NCBI GenBank assembly: GCA_030390025.1
Contig: JASTWF010000034.1
Span: 5,828,001 to 5,892,000 of the forward strand
Length of the DNA stretch: 64,000 bases
From: Squalus acanthias
Lineage: Eukaryota
Direction of reading: 5' to 3'
The notes under the pieces were generated by a model. The model searched no databases, was not told the origin of the DNA, and was given only the letters and a program-made list of their open reading frames with translations. The translations under genes were made by a program, and so were the position numbers. Position 1 is the stretch's first letter, and each line of letters begins with the position of its first letter. Below are positions 52,001 through 64,000 of this stretch, piece after piece.

Positions 52001-55000
52001 GACCAGTCACACAGGCTTTTTAAAGAGACAGGACCAGTCACACAGGCTTTTTAAAGAGACAGGACCAGTCACACAGGCTTTTTAAAGAGACAGGACCAGT
52101 CACACAGGCTTTTTAAAGAGACAGGACCAGTCACACAGGCTTTTTAAAGAGACAGGACCAGTCACACAGGCTTTTTAAAGAGACAGGACCAGTCACACAG
52201 GCTTTTTAAAGAGACAGGACCAGTCACACAGGCTTTTTAAAGAGACAGGACCAGTCACACAGGCTTTTTAAGAGACAGGACCAGTCACACAGGCTTTTTA
52301 AGAGACAGGACCAGTCACACAGGCTTTTTAAAGAGACAGGACCAGTCACACAGGCTTTTTAAAGAGACAGGACCAGTCACACAGGCTTTTTAAAGAGACA
52401 GGACCAGTCACACAGGCTTTTAAAGAGACAGGACCAGTCACACAGGCTTTTTAAAGAGACAGGACCAGTCACACAGGCTTTTTAAAGAGACAGGACCAGT
52501 CACACAGGCTTTTTAAAGAGACAGGACCAGTCACACAGGCTTTTAAAGAGACAGGACCAGTCACACAGGCTTTTTAAAGAGACAGGACCAGTCACACAGG
52601 CTTTTTAAAGAGACAGGACCAGTCACACAGGCTTTTTAAAGAGACAGGACAGTCACACAGGCTTTTTAAAGAGACAGGACCAGTCACACAGGCTTTTTAA
52701 AGAGACAGGACCAGTCACACAGGCTTTTTAAAGAGACAGGACAGTCACACAGGCTTTTTAAGAGACAGGACCAGTCACACAGGCTTTTTAAAGAGACAGG
52801 ACCAGTCACACAGGCTTTTAAAGAGACAGGACCAGTCACACAGGCTTTTTAAAGAGACAGGACCAGTCACACAGGCTTTTTAAAGAGACAGGACCAGTCA
52901 CACAGGCTTTTAAAGAGACAGGACCAGTCACACAGGCTTTTTAAAGAGACAGGACCAGTCACACAGGCTTTTTAAAGAGACAGGACCAGTCACACAGGCT
53001 TTTTAAAGAGACAGGACCAGTCACACAGGCTTTTTAAAGAGACAGGACCAGTCACACAGGCTTTTTAAGAGACAGGACCAGTCACACAGGCTTTTAAAGA
53101 GACAGGACCAGTCACACAGGCTTTTTAAAGAGACAGGACCAGTCACACAGGCTTTTTAAAGAGACAGGACCAGTCACACAGGCTTTTTAAAGAGACAGGA
53201 CCAGTCACACAGGCTTTTTAAAGAGACAGGACCAGTCACACAGGCTTTTTAAAGAGACAGGACCAGTCACACAGGCTTTTTAAGAGACAGGACCAGTCAC
53301 ACAGGCTTTTTAAAGAGACAGGACCAGTCACACAGGCTTTTTAAAGAGACAGGACCAGTCACACAGGCTTTTTAAAGAGACAGGACCAGTCACACAGGCT
53401 TTTTAAAGAGACAGGACCAGTCACACAGGCTTTTTAAGAGACAGGACCAGTCACACAGGCTTTTTAAAGAGACAGGACCAGTCACACAGGCTTTTTAAAG
53501 AGACAGGACCAGTCACACAGGCTTTTTAAAGAGACAGGACCAGTCACACAGGCTTTTTAAGAGACAGGACCAGTCACACAGGCTTTTTAAAGAGACAGGA
53601 CCAGTCACACAGGCTTTTTAAGAGACAGGACCAGTCACACAGGCTTTTTAAAGAGACAGGACCAGTCACACAGGCTTTTTAAAGAGACAGGACCAGTCAC
53701 ACAGGCTTTTTAAAGAGACAGGACCAGTCACACAGGCTTTTTAAAGAGACAGGACCAGTCACACAGGCTTTTTAAAGAGACAGGACCAGTCACACAGGCT
53801 TTTTAAAGAGACAGGACCAGTCACACAGGCTTTTTAAAGAGACAGGACCAGTCACACAGGCTTTTTAAAGAGACAGGACCAGTCACACAGGCTTTTTAAA
53901 GAGACAGGACCAGTCACACAGGCTTTTAAAGAGACAGGACCAGTCACACAGGCTTTTAAAGAGACAGGACCAGTCACACAGGCTTTTTAAAGAGACAGGA
54001 CCAGTCACACAGGCTTTTTAAGAGACAGGACCAGTCACACAGGCTTTTTAAAGAGACAGGACCAGTCACACAGGCTTTTAAAGAGACAGGACCAGTCACA
54101 CAGGCTTTTTAAAGAGACAGGACCAGTCACACAGGCTTTTTAAAGAGACAGGACCAGTCACACAGGCTTTTTAAAGAGACAGGACCAGTCACACAGGCTT
54201 TTTAAGAGACAGGACCAGTCACACAGGCTTTTTAAAGAGACAGGACCAGTCACACAGGCTTTTTAAAGAGACAGGACCAGTCACACAGGCTTTTTAAAGA
54301 GACAGGATCAGTCACACAGGCTTTTAAAGAGACAGGACCAGTCACACAGGCTTTTTAAAGAGACAGGACCAGTCACACAGGCTTTTTAAAGAGACAGGAC
54401 CAGTCACACAGGCTTTTTAAAGAGACAGGACCAGTCACACAGGCTTTTAAAGAGACAGGACCAGTCACACAGGCTTTTGAAGAGACAGGACCAGTCACAC
54501 AGGCTTTTTAAAGAGACAGGACCAGTCACACAGGCTTTTTAAGAGACAGGACCAGTCACACAGGCTTTTTAAAGAGACAGGACCAGTCACACAGGCTTTT
54601 TAAAGAGACAGGACCAGTCACACAGGCTTTTTAAAGAGACAGGACCAGTCACACAGGCTTTTTAAAGAGACAGGACCAGTCACACAGGCTTTTTAAAGAG
54701 ACAGGACCAGTCACACAGGCTTTTAAAGAGACAGGACCAGTCACACAGGCTTTTTGAAGAGACAGGACCAGTCACACAGGCTTTTTAAAGAGACAGGACC
54801 AGTCACACAGGCTTTTAAAGAGACAGGACCAGTCACACAGGCTTTTTAAAGAGACAGGACCAGTCACACAGGCTTTTTAAGAGACAGGACCAGTCACACA
54901 GGCTTTTTAAGAGACAGGACCAGTCACACAGGCTTTTTGAAGAGACAGGACCAGTCACACAGGCTTTTTAAAGAGACAGGACCAGTCACACAGGCTTTTA

Positions 55001-58000
55001 AAGAGACAGGACCAGTCACACAGGCTTTTTAAAGAGACAGGACCAGTCACACAGGCTTTTTAAAGAGACAGGACCAGTCACACAGGCTTTTAAAGAGACA
55101 GGACCAGTCACACAGGCTTTTTAAAGAGACAGGACCAGTCACACAGGCTTTTTAAAGAGACAGGACCAGTCACACAGGCTTTTTAAAGAGACAGGACCAG
55201 TCACACAGGCTTTTTAAAGAGACAGGACCAGTCACACAGGCTTTTTAAAGAGACAGGACCAGTCACACAGGCTTTTTAAAGAGACAGGACCAGTCACACA
55301 GGCTTTTAAAGAGACAGGACCAGTCACACAGGCTTTTTAAAGAGACAGGACCAGTCACACAGGCTTTTAAAGAGACAGGACCAGTCACACAGGCTTTTTA
55401 AAGAGACAGGACCAGTCACACAGGCTTTTTAAAGAGACAGGACCAGTCACACAGGCTTTTTAAAGAGACAGGACCAGTCACACAGGCTTTTTAAAGAGAC
55501 AGGACCAGTCACACAGGCTTTTAAAGAGACAGGACCAGTCACACAGGCTTTTTAAAGAGACAGGACCAGTCACACAGGCTTTTTAAAGAGACAGGACCAG
55601 TCACACAGGCTTTTTAAAGAGACAGGACCAGTCACACAGGCTTTTTAAAGAGACAGGACCAGTCACACAGGCTTTTTAAGAGACAGGACCAGTCACACAG
55701 GCTTTTTAAGAGACAGGACCAGTCACACAGGCTTTTTAAAGAGACAGGACCAGTCACACAGGCTTTTAAAGAGACAGGACCAGTCACACAGGCTTTTTAA
55801 AGAGACAGGACCAGTCACACAGGCTTTTTAAAGAGACAGGACCAGTCACACAGGCTTTTTAAAGAGACAGGACCAGTCACACAGGCTTTTTAAAGAGACA
55901 GGACCAGTCACACAGGCTTTTAAAGAGACAGGACCAGTCACACAGGCTTTTTAAAGAGACAGGACCAGTCACACAGGCTTTTTAAAGAGACAGGACCAGT
56001 CACACAGGCTTTTTAAAGAGACAGGACCAGTCACACAGGCTTTTTAAAGAGACAGGACCAGTCACACAGGCTTTTTAAAGAGACAGGACCAGTCACACAG
56101 GCTTTTTAAGAGACAGGACCAGTCACACAGGCTTTTTAAGAGACAGGACCAGTCACACAGGCTTTTTAAAGAGACAGGACCAGTCACACAGGCTTTTAAA
56201 GAGACAGGACCAGTCACACAGGCTTTTTAAAGAGACAGGACCAGTCACACAGGCTTTTAAAGAGACAGGACCAGTCACACAGGCTTTTTAAAGAGACAGG
56301 ACCAGTCACACAGGCTTTTAAAGAGACAGGACCAGTCACACAGGCTTTTTAAGAGACAGGACCAGTCACACAGGCTTTTTAAAGAGACAGGACCAGTCAC
56401 ACAGGCTTTTTAAGAGACAGGACCAGTCACACAGGCTTTTTGAAGAGACAGGACCAGTCACACAGGCTTTTTAAAGAGACAGGACCAGTCACACAGGCTT
56501 TTTAAGAGACAGGACCAGTCACACAGGCTTTTTAAAGAGACAGGACCAGTCACACAGGCTTTTTAAAGAGACAGGACCAGTCACACAGGCTTTTTAAGAG
56601 ACAGGACCAGTCACACAGGCTTTTTAAAGAGACAGGACCAGTCACACAGGCTTTTAAAGAGACAGGACCAGTCACACAGGCTTTTTAAAGAGACAGGACC
56701 AGTCACACAGGCTTTTTAAAGAGACAGGACCAGTCACACAGGCTTTTTAAAGAGACAGGACCAGTCACACAGGCTTTTTAAAGAGACAGGACAGTCACAC
56801 AGGCTTTTTAAAGAGACAGGATCAGTCACACAGGCTTTTTGAAGAGACAGGACCAGTCACACATTCTTTTTAAAGAGACAGGACCAGTCACACAGGCTTT
56901 TTAAGAGACAGACCAGTCACACAGGCTTTTTAAAGAGACAGGACCAGTCACACAGGCTTTTAAAGAGACAGGACAGTCACACAGGCTTTTAAAGAGACAG
57001 GACAGTCACACAGGCTTTTTAAGAGACAGGATCAGTCACACAGGCTTTTTAAAGAGACAGGACCAGTCACACAGGCTTTTTAAGAGACAGGACCAGTCCA
57101 CACAGGCTTTTAAAGAGACAGGACCAGTCACACAGGCTTTTTAAAGAGCAGGACAGTCACGCAGGCTTTTTAAAGAGACAGAACCAGTCACACAGGCTTT
57201 TTAAAGAGACAGACCAGTCACACAGGCTTTTTAAAGAGACAGGACCAGTCACACAGGCTTTCTAAAGAGACAGGACCAGTCACACAGGCTTTTTAAAGAG
57301 ACAGGACCAGTCACACAGGCTTTTTAAGAGACAGGACAGTCACACAGGCTTTTTAAAGAGACAGGACCAGTCACACAGGCTTTTTAAAGAGACAGGACCA
57401 GTCACACAGGCTTTTTAAAGAGACAGGACCAGTCACACAGGCTTTTTAAGAGACAGGACCAGTCACACAGGCTTTTTAAAGAGACAGGACCAGTCACACA
57501 GGCTTTTTAAAGAGACAGGACCAGTCACACAGGCTTTTTAAAGAGACAGGACCAGTCACACAGGCTTTTTAAAGAGACAGGACCAGTCACACAGGCTTTC
57601 TAAAGAGACAGGACCAGTCACACAGGCTTTTTAAAGAGACAGGACCAGTCACACAGGCTTTTTAAAGAGACAGGACCAGTCACACAGGCTTTTAAAGAGA
57701 CAGGACCAGTCACACAGGCTTTTTAAAGAGACAGGACCAGTCACACAGGCTTTTAAAGAGACAGGACCAGTCACACAGGCTTTTTAAAGAGACAGGACCA
57801 GTCACACAGGCTTTTTAAGAGACAGGACCAGTCACACAGGCTTTTGAAGAGACAGGACCAGTCACACAGGCTTTTTAAGAGACAGGACCAGTCACACAGG
57901 CTTTTTAAAGAGACAGGACCAGTCACACAGGCTTTTTAAGAGACAGGACCAGTCACACAGGCTTTTTAAAGAGACAGGACCAGTCACACAGGCTTTTTAA

Positions 58001-60626
58001 AGAGACAGGACAGTCACACAGGCTTTTTAAAGAGACAGGACCAGTCACACAGGCTTTTTAAGAGACAGGACCAGTCACACAGGCTTTTTAAAGAGACAGG
58101 ACCAGTCACACAGGCTTTTTAAAGAGACAGGACCAGTCACACAGGCTTTTTAAGAGACAGGACCAGTCACACAGGCTTTTTAAAGAGACAGGACCAGTCA
58201 CACAGGCTTTCTAAAGAGACAGGACCAGTCACACAGGCTTTCTAAAGAGACAGGACCAGTCACACAGGCTTTTTGAAGAGACAGGACCATTCACACAGGC
58301 TTTTTAGAGAGACAGGATCAGTCACACAGGCTTTTTAAAGAGACAGGACCAGTCACACAGGCTTTTTAAAGAGACAGGACGAGTCACACAGGCTTTTTAA
58401 AGAGACAGGACGAGTCACACAGGCTTTTCAAAGAGACAGGACGAGTCACACAGGCTTTTTAAAGAGACAGGACCAGACACACAGGCTTTTTAAAGAGACA
58501 GGTCCAGTCACACAGGCTTTTTAGAGAGACAGGACCAGTCACACAGGCTTTTTAAAGAGACAGGGCCAGTCACACAGGCTTTTTAAAGAGACAGGACCAA
58601 CCACACAGGCTTTTTAGAGAGAAGGACCAGTCACACAGGCTTTTTAAAGAAACAGGACCAGTCACGCAGGCTTTTTAAAAAACAGAACCATTCACACAGG
58701 CTTTCTAAAGAGACAGGACCAGTCACACAGGCTTTCTAAAGAGACAGGACCAGTCACACAGGCTTTCTAAAGAGACAGGACCAGTCACACAGGCTTTTTA
58801 AAGAGACAGGACCAGTCACACAGGCTTTTTAGAGAGACAGGACCAGTCACACATGCTTTTTGAAGAGACAGGACCAGTCACACAGGCTTTTTAAAGAGAC
58901 AGGACCAGTCACACAGGCTTTTAAAGAGACAGGACCAGTCACACAGGCTTTTTAAGAGACAGGACCAGTCACACAGGCTTTTTAAAGAGACAGGACCAGT
59001 CACACAGGCTTTTTAAAGAGACAGGACCAGTCACACAGGCTTTTTAAAGAGCAAGGATCAGTCACGCAGGCTTTCGAAAGAGACAGAACCATTCACACAG
59101 GCTATTTAAAGAGACAGGACCAGTCACACAGGCTTTTTAAAGAGACAGGAACAGTCACGCAGGCTTTCGAAAGAGACAGAACCATTCACACAGGCTTTTT
59201 AAAGAGACAGGACCAGTCACACAGGCTTTCGAAAGAGCCAGGACAAGTCACACAGGCTGTCTAAAGAGACAGGACCATTCACACAGGCTTTCTAAAGAGA
59301 CAGGACCAGTCACACAGGCTTTTTGAAGATACAGGACCAGTCACACAGGCTTTTTAGAGAGAGAGGTCCAATCACACAGGCTTTTTGAAGATACAGGATC
59401 AGTCACACAGGCTTTTTAAAGAGACAGGACCAGTCACACAGGCTTTTTAAAATGACAGGAACAGTCACACAGGCTTCTTGAAGAAACAGGACCAGTCACA
59501 CAGTCTTTTTAAGAGACAGGACCAGTCACGCAGGCTTTTTAAAGAGACTGGACCAACCACACAGGCTTTTTAAAGAGACAGCACCAGTCACACAGGCTTT
59601 TTAGAGAGACAGGGACAGTCACACAGGCTTTTTAAAGAGACAGGAGCGGTCACACAGGCTTTCTCAAGAGACAGGACAAGTCACACAGGCTTTCTAAAGA
59701 GACAGGACCAGTCACACAGGATTTTTGAAGAGACAGGACCATTCACACAGGCTTTTTAGAAAGACAGGATCAGTCACACAGGCTTTTTAAAGAGACAGGA
59801 CCAGTCACACAGGCTTTTTAAAGAGACAGGACGAGTCACACAGGCTTTTTAAAGAGACAGGACGAGTCACACAGGCTTTTCAAAGAGACAGGACGAGTCA
59901 CACAGGCTTTTTAAAGAGACAGGACCAGACACACAGGCTTTTTAAAGAGACAGGTCCAGTCACAACGGCTTTTTAGAGAGACAGGACCAGTCACACAGGC
60001 TTTTTAAAGAGACAGGGCCAGTCACACAGGCTTTTTAAAGAGACAGGACCAACCACACAGGCTTTTTAGAGAGAAGGACCAGTCACACAGGCTTTTTAAA
60101 GAAACAGGACCAGTCACGCAGGCTTTTTAAAAAGACAGAACCATTCACACAGGCTTTCTAAAGAGCCAGGACGAGTCACACAGGCTTTCTAATGAGACAG
60201 GGCCACTCACACAGGCTTTCTAAAGAGACAGGACCAGTCACGCAGGCTTTCTAAAGAGACAGGACCAGTCACAAAGGCTTTTTAGAGAGACAGGACCAGT
60301 CACACATGCTTTTTGAAGAGACAGGACCATTCACACAGGCTTTTTAAAGAGACAGGACCAGTCACACAGGCTTTTAAAGGGACAGGACCAGTCACACAGG
60401 CTTTTTAAAGAGACAGGACCAGTCACACAGGCTTTTTAAAGAGACAGGACCATTCACACAGGCTTTCTAAAGAGACTGGACCAGTCACACAGGCTTTTTA
60501 AAGAGACAGGATCAGTCACACAGGCTTTTTAAAGCGACAGGACGAGTCACACAGGCTTTTTAAAGAGACAGGACCAGTCACACAGGCTTTTTTAAGAGAC
60601 AGGACCAGTCACACAGCCTTTTTAAA
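49073..60626. repeat. 31-bp satellite array, ~370 copies (>=11.5 kb)
   Basis: Unit aagagacaggaccagtcacacaggcttttta. Confidence 0.98.
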
Positions 60627-60644
60627 GATTCAAAACGCTGCAAA

Positions 60645-61130
60645 CAAATCGACCTGCTGTAGTAGCCACTGCATTTATGTGGCTGGTCCAGTTGAGTTTC
60701 TGATCAATGGCGATCCTTAGGATTTTGATGTTTCAGGATTCGGTGATGTAAATGCCGTTGACTGTCAAGTGGAGGTGGTTAGACTCCCTCTTCTTGGAGG
60801 TGGTCAGCGTCTGCCACTTGTGTGGAGAAAATTTACCATAATGACTCCAGGGATGAGGGATTTCAGTTATGTGGGGAGACGAGAGAAGCTGGGATTGTTC
60901 TCCTTATAGCAGAGAAGGTTAGGGGGAGATTGAAAAGAAGTGTTCAAAATGATGAGGGGTTTTGATGCAATAAGAAAGGAGAAACTGTTTCCACTCCTTG
61001 TCATGTCATTACCAAAAGGGCACAGATATAAGATAATTGGTAAATGAAACGGGGCAGATGAGAAGAACTTTGGTCACACAGTGAGTTTTTATGATGGAAT
61101 GAACTCTGAAAGTCTGGTGGAAGCAGATTC
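60645..61130. mobile_element. Old LINE fragments (second family on -, CR1 3' part on +)
   Basis: Reverse complement similarity to 42030-42200, then EKLGLFSL..RRLGGDL-like sequence. Confidence 0.6.
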
Positions 61131-61132
61131 AA

Positions 61133-62280
61133 TCGGCTCAGCTCATAGCACTCTCGGCTCTGTGTTAGAAGGTTGTGGGTTCAAGTCCCACTCCAGCGAC
61201 GTGAGTGCAGAAATCTAGGCTAACACGGCACTGCAGTACTGAGGAAGCGCTGCAGTGTTGGAGGGGCGGTACTGAGGGAGCGCTGCAGTGTTGGAGGGGC
61301 AGTACTGGGGGAGTACTGCACAGTCAGAGGGGCAGTACTGAGGGAGTACTGCACTGTCGGAGGGGCAGTACTGAGGAAGCGCTGCAGTGTTGGAGGGGCA
61401 GTACTGGGGGAGTACTGCACAGTCAGAGGGGCAGTACTGAGGGAGTACTGCAGTGTTGGAGGGGCAGTACTGAGGGAGCACTGCACTGTCGGAGGGGCAG
61501 TACTGAGGGAGCACTGCACTGTCGGAGGGGCATTACTGAGGGAGCACTGCACTGTCGGAGGGGCAGTACTGAGGGAGCACTGCACTGTCGGAGGGGCAGT
61601 ACTGAGGGAGCACTGCACTGTCGGAGGGGCAGTACTGAGGGAGTACTGCACAGTCAGAGGGGCATTACTGGGGGAGTACTGCAGTGTTGGAGGGGCAGTA
61701 CTGGGGGAGTACTGCACAGTCAGAGGGGCAGTACTGAGGGAGTACTGCACTGTCGGAGGGGCAGTACTGAGGAAGCGCTGCAGTGTTGGAGGGGCAGTAC
61801 TGGGGGAGTACTGCACAGTCAGAGGGGCAGTACTGAGGGCGTACTGCAGTGTTGGAGGGGCAGTACTGAGGGAGCACTGCACTGTCAGAGGGGCAGTACT
61901 GGGGGAGTACTGCACTGTCAGAGGGGCAGTACTGAGGGAGCACTGCACTGTCGGAGTGGCCGTCTTTCGGAAGAGACGTTAAAACGAGGCCCCGTCTTTT
62001 CTCTAAGGTGGAGGTGAAAGATCCCATGGAATTATATTGAAGAGCAGCAGAGTTAACCCCGGTGTTCTGGCCAATATTTATCTCAATCAACATCACTAAA
62101 GCAGATTATGTGGTCATTATCACATTGCTGTTTGTGGGAGCTTGCTGTGCGCAAATTGGCTGCCGCGTTTCATACATTACAACAGTGACTACACTTCAAA
62201 AGTACTTCATTGGCTGTAAAGCGCTTTGGTACATCCCAGGGTTGTGAAAAGCGCTATATCAATGCAATTCTTTCTTTCTT
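61133..62280 (+). mobile_element. DeuSINE with internal 33-bp minisatellite expansion
   Basis: SINE head ~61133-61230, array 61230-61955, Deu domain and tail 61956-62280. Confidence 0.8.
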
Positions 62281-62569
62281 AACGTAAACTTCCAAAAGGT
62301 AATTGGATATCTGCTTGAAAAGGAGAAATTTTCAGGGGTATGTGGAAACTGTTTAAATGTTCATTACCATTCACGACAGAATATGACAGCTTTGAAATAA
62401 TTTGATCTGTTGGTTGTGGGATCGCTTGTCTCTGTCTAATTTCATTCCATTGATCACCATGGTAGATGCACATGATATGATGGAGGGTGGCCTCAGGGTG
62501 AAGGCGAGACTTATTCTCCACAAATATTGTGCAGTGGTCAGTCCTACCAATATAGACAGATGCATATGC

Positions 62570-64000
62570 GATAAGTAGGTTGGTGAGGACGAGGTCAAGC
62601 AGGCTAATCTCTCATCTTGGTTCACCCACCACCTGCTGCAATCCCAGTCTGGCAGCTGTGTTCTTCAGCGCTCGGTTAATGATGGTACTTCCGAGTCACT
62701 CTTGGTGATGAACATTGAAGTTTCCCCCTCCCGACCCAGAGTATAATTTGCGCCCTTTCTGCTCTCGGTGCTCCCATCAGCTGGTGTTCAGCATGAAGAT
62801 GTGCCGATTCAACAGCTGAGGGAGGGCGGTAGGTGGTAATCAGCAGGAAGTTACCTTGCCCATGTCTGACTGGAAGCCATCAGACTTCATTAAATCCTCA
62901 GGCAATGTTGAGGACTCACAGGTTTTCTCCCTCCCGACTGTGTCCCCACCTCTGGTGGGTCTGTGCAGACCCTGGGATGGTGATGGAGGATTCGGGAATG
63001 TTGACTGATAGTTATGATTCTGTGAGTATGAATATCCGAGAATACAATGTTTCCAGCGTGTTTATGGAGTATTAAGGTGGTTACAGGGTATTTATCTCAG
63101 CGGTTAATATTTTAAGCGTTTTCCTTTGATTCCTTGGTGTCAACCCTTTGCTCCTTTTAATTATTCTTCCCCTCGGTCAAACACCATGACATGTTTGTCT
63201 GGGTAAGCTCAACCTTTAGAAACATGTTGTTCTTGTTCTTGTTCTAGTTTCAGGCAATTGAGAAATGAAGTGGGAATCAAATTCCTGGATTGAGTCGGGA
63301 GCAGTGTAATGTAGGCAACCCTGGGAATGAAATTCCTGGATTGAGGCGGGAGCAGTTTAATCTAGGCAGCCCTGGGAATCACATTCCTGGATTGAGGTGG
63401 GAGCAGTGTAATCTAGGCAGCCCTGGGAATGACATTCCTGGATTGAGGCGGGAGCAGTGTAATCTAGGCTGTGCCTGGGAATGACATTCCTGGATTGAGG
63501 TGGGAGCAGTGTAATCTAGGCAGCCCTGGGAATCACATTCCTGGATTGAGGTGGGAGCAGTGTAATCTAGGCAGCCCTGGGAATCACATTCCTGGATTGA
63601 GGTGGGAGCAGTGTAATGGTACCTCTATTGTTTGTTAACTCTAACCAAATAGATTCTGTCCTTGACCCCTCGAAGACATCCTCTTTCTCCAGCACTAATA
63701 TTCTCCTTAATCAATACTGCTAATCCACCTCCTTTCTTTCCTTCCCTATCTTTCCCGAACATCTTATATCCAGGAATATTTAGTACCCAATCCTGCCCTT
63801 TTTGAGCCAGGTCTCTGTTATCGTCACGACATCATTTTCCTATGTGGCTATTTGCGCCTGCAGCTCACCCACCTTATTGACCACGCTTCGTGCGTTTACA
63901 CACATGCTCTGTAAACCCATCTGACAGTGTCAGCTGTGGCTCAGTAGGTAGCACACTCGCCTCTCAGTCAGAGGTTGTGGGTTCCAAGCTCCAGGGACTT
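62570..64000 (+). repeat. Third copy of the duplicated cassette (partial, runs off window)
   Basis: 63670-64000 is a direct repeat of 1-330. 62570-64000 is an inverted match to ~22530-25649, with a shorter 51-bp array. Confidence 0.9.

Noticed and set aside
49073..60626. CRISPR-like regular array
   Set aside because: Head-to-tail satellite without unique spacers; eukaryotic context and no cas genes.

Overview
Vertebrate genomic DNA, most likely from a cartilaginous fish. This is inferred from a SacSINE1-like DeuSINE, abundant CR1/L2 LINEs, a Harbinger element and a two-exon GPR139-like GPCR. The window is three contigs joined by two 500-N gaps (11266-11765, 48573-49072). Bases 1-11265 and 11766-22864 form a ~99%-identical inverted duplication centred on a G-rich minisatellite and the first gap. 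A third copy of the same cassette begins at the window end (~62570-64000). Each arm carries an intact GPCR main exon, a proximal exon 1 with a dead splice donor, a decayed Harbinger transposon and several VNTRs, one of which is a tandem array of YY1 motifs. A divergent, intact exon 1 with the same promoter module lies at 40265-40445 (-) and is in phase to splice to the 14527-15428 exon, giving a 360-aa receptor. The rest is nested CR1/L2 debris, several minisatellites derived from retroelements, and an ~11.5 kb 31-bp satellite.
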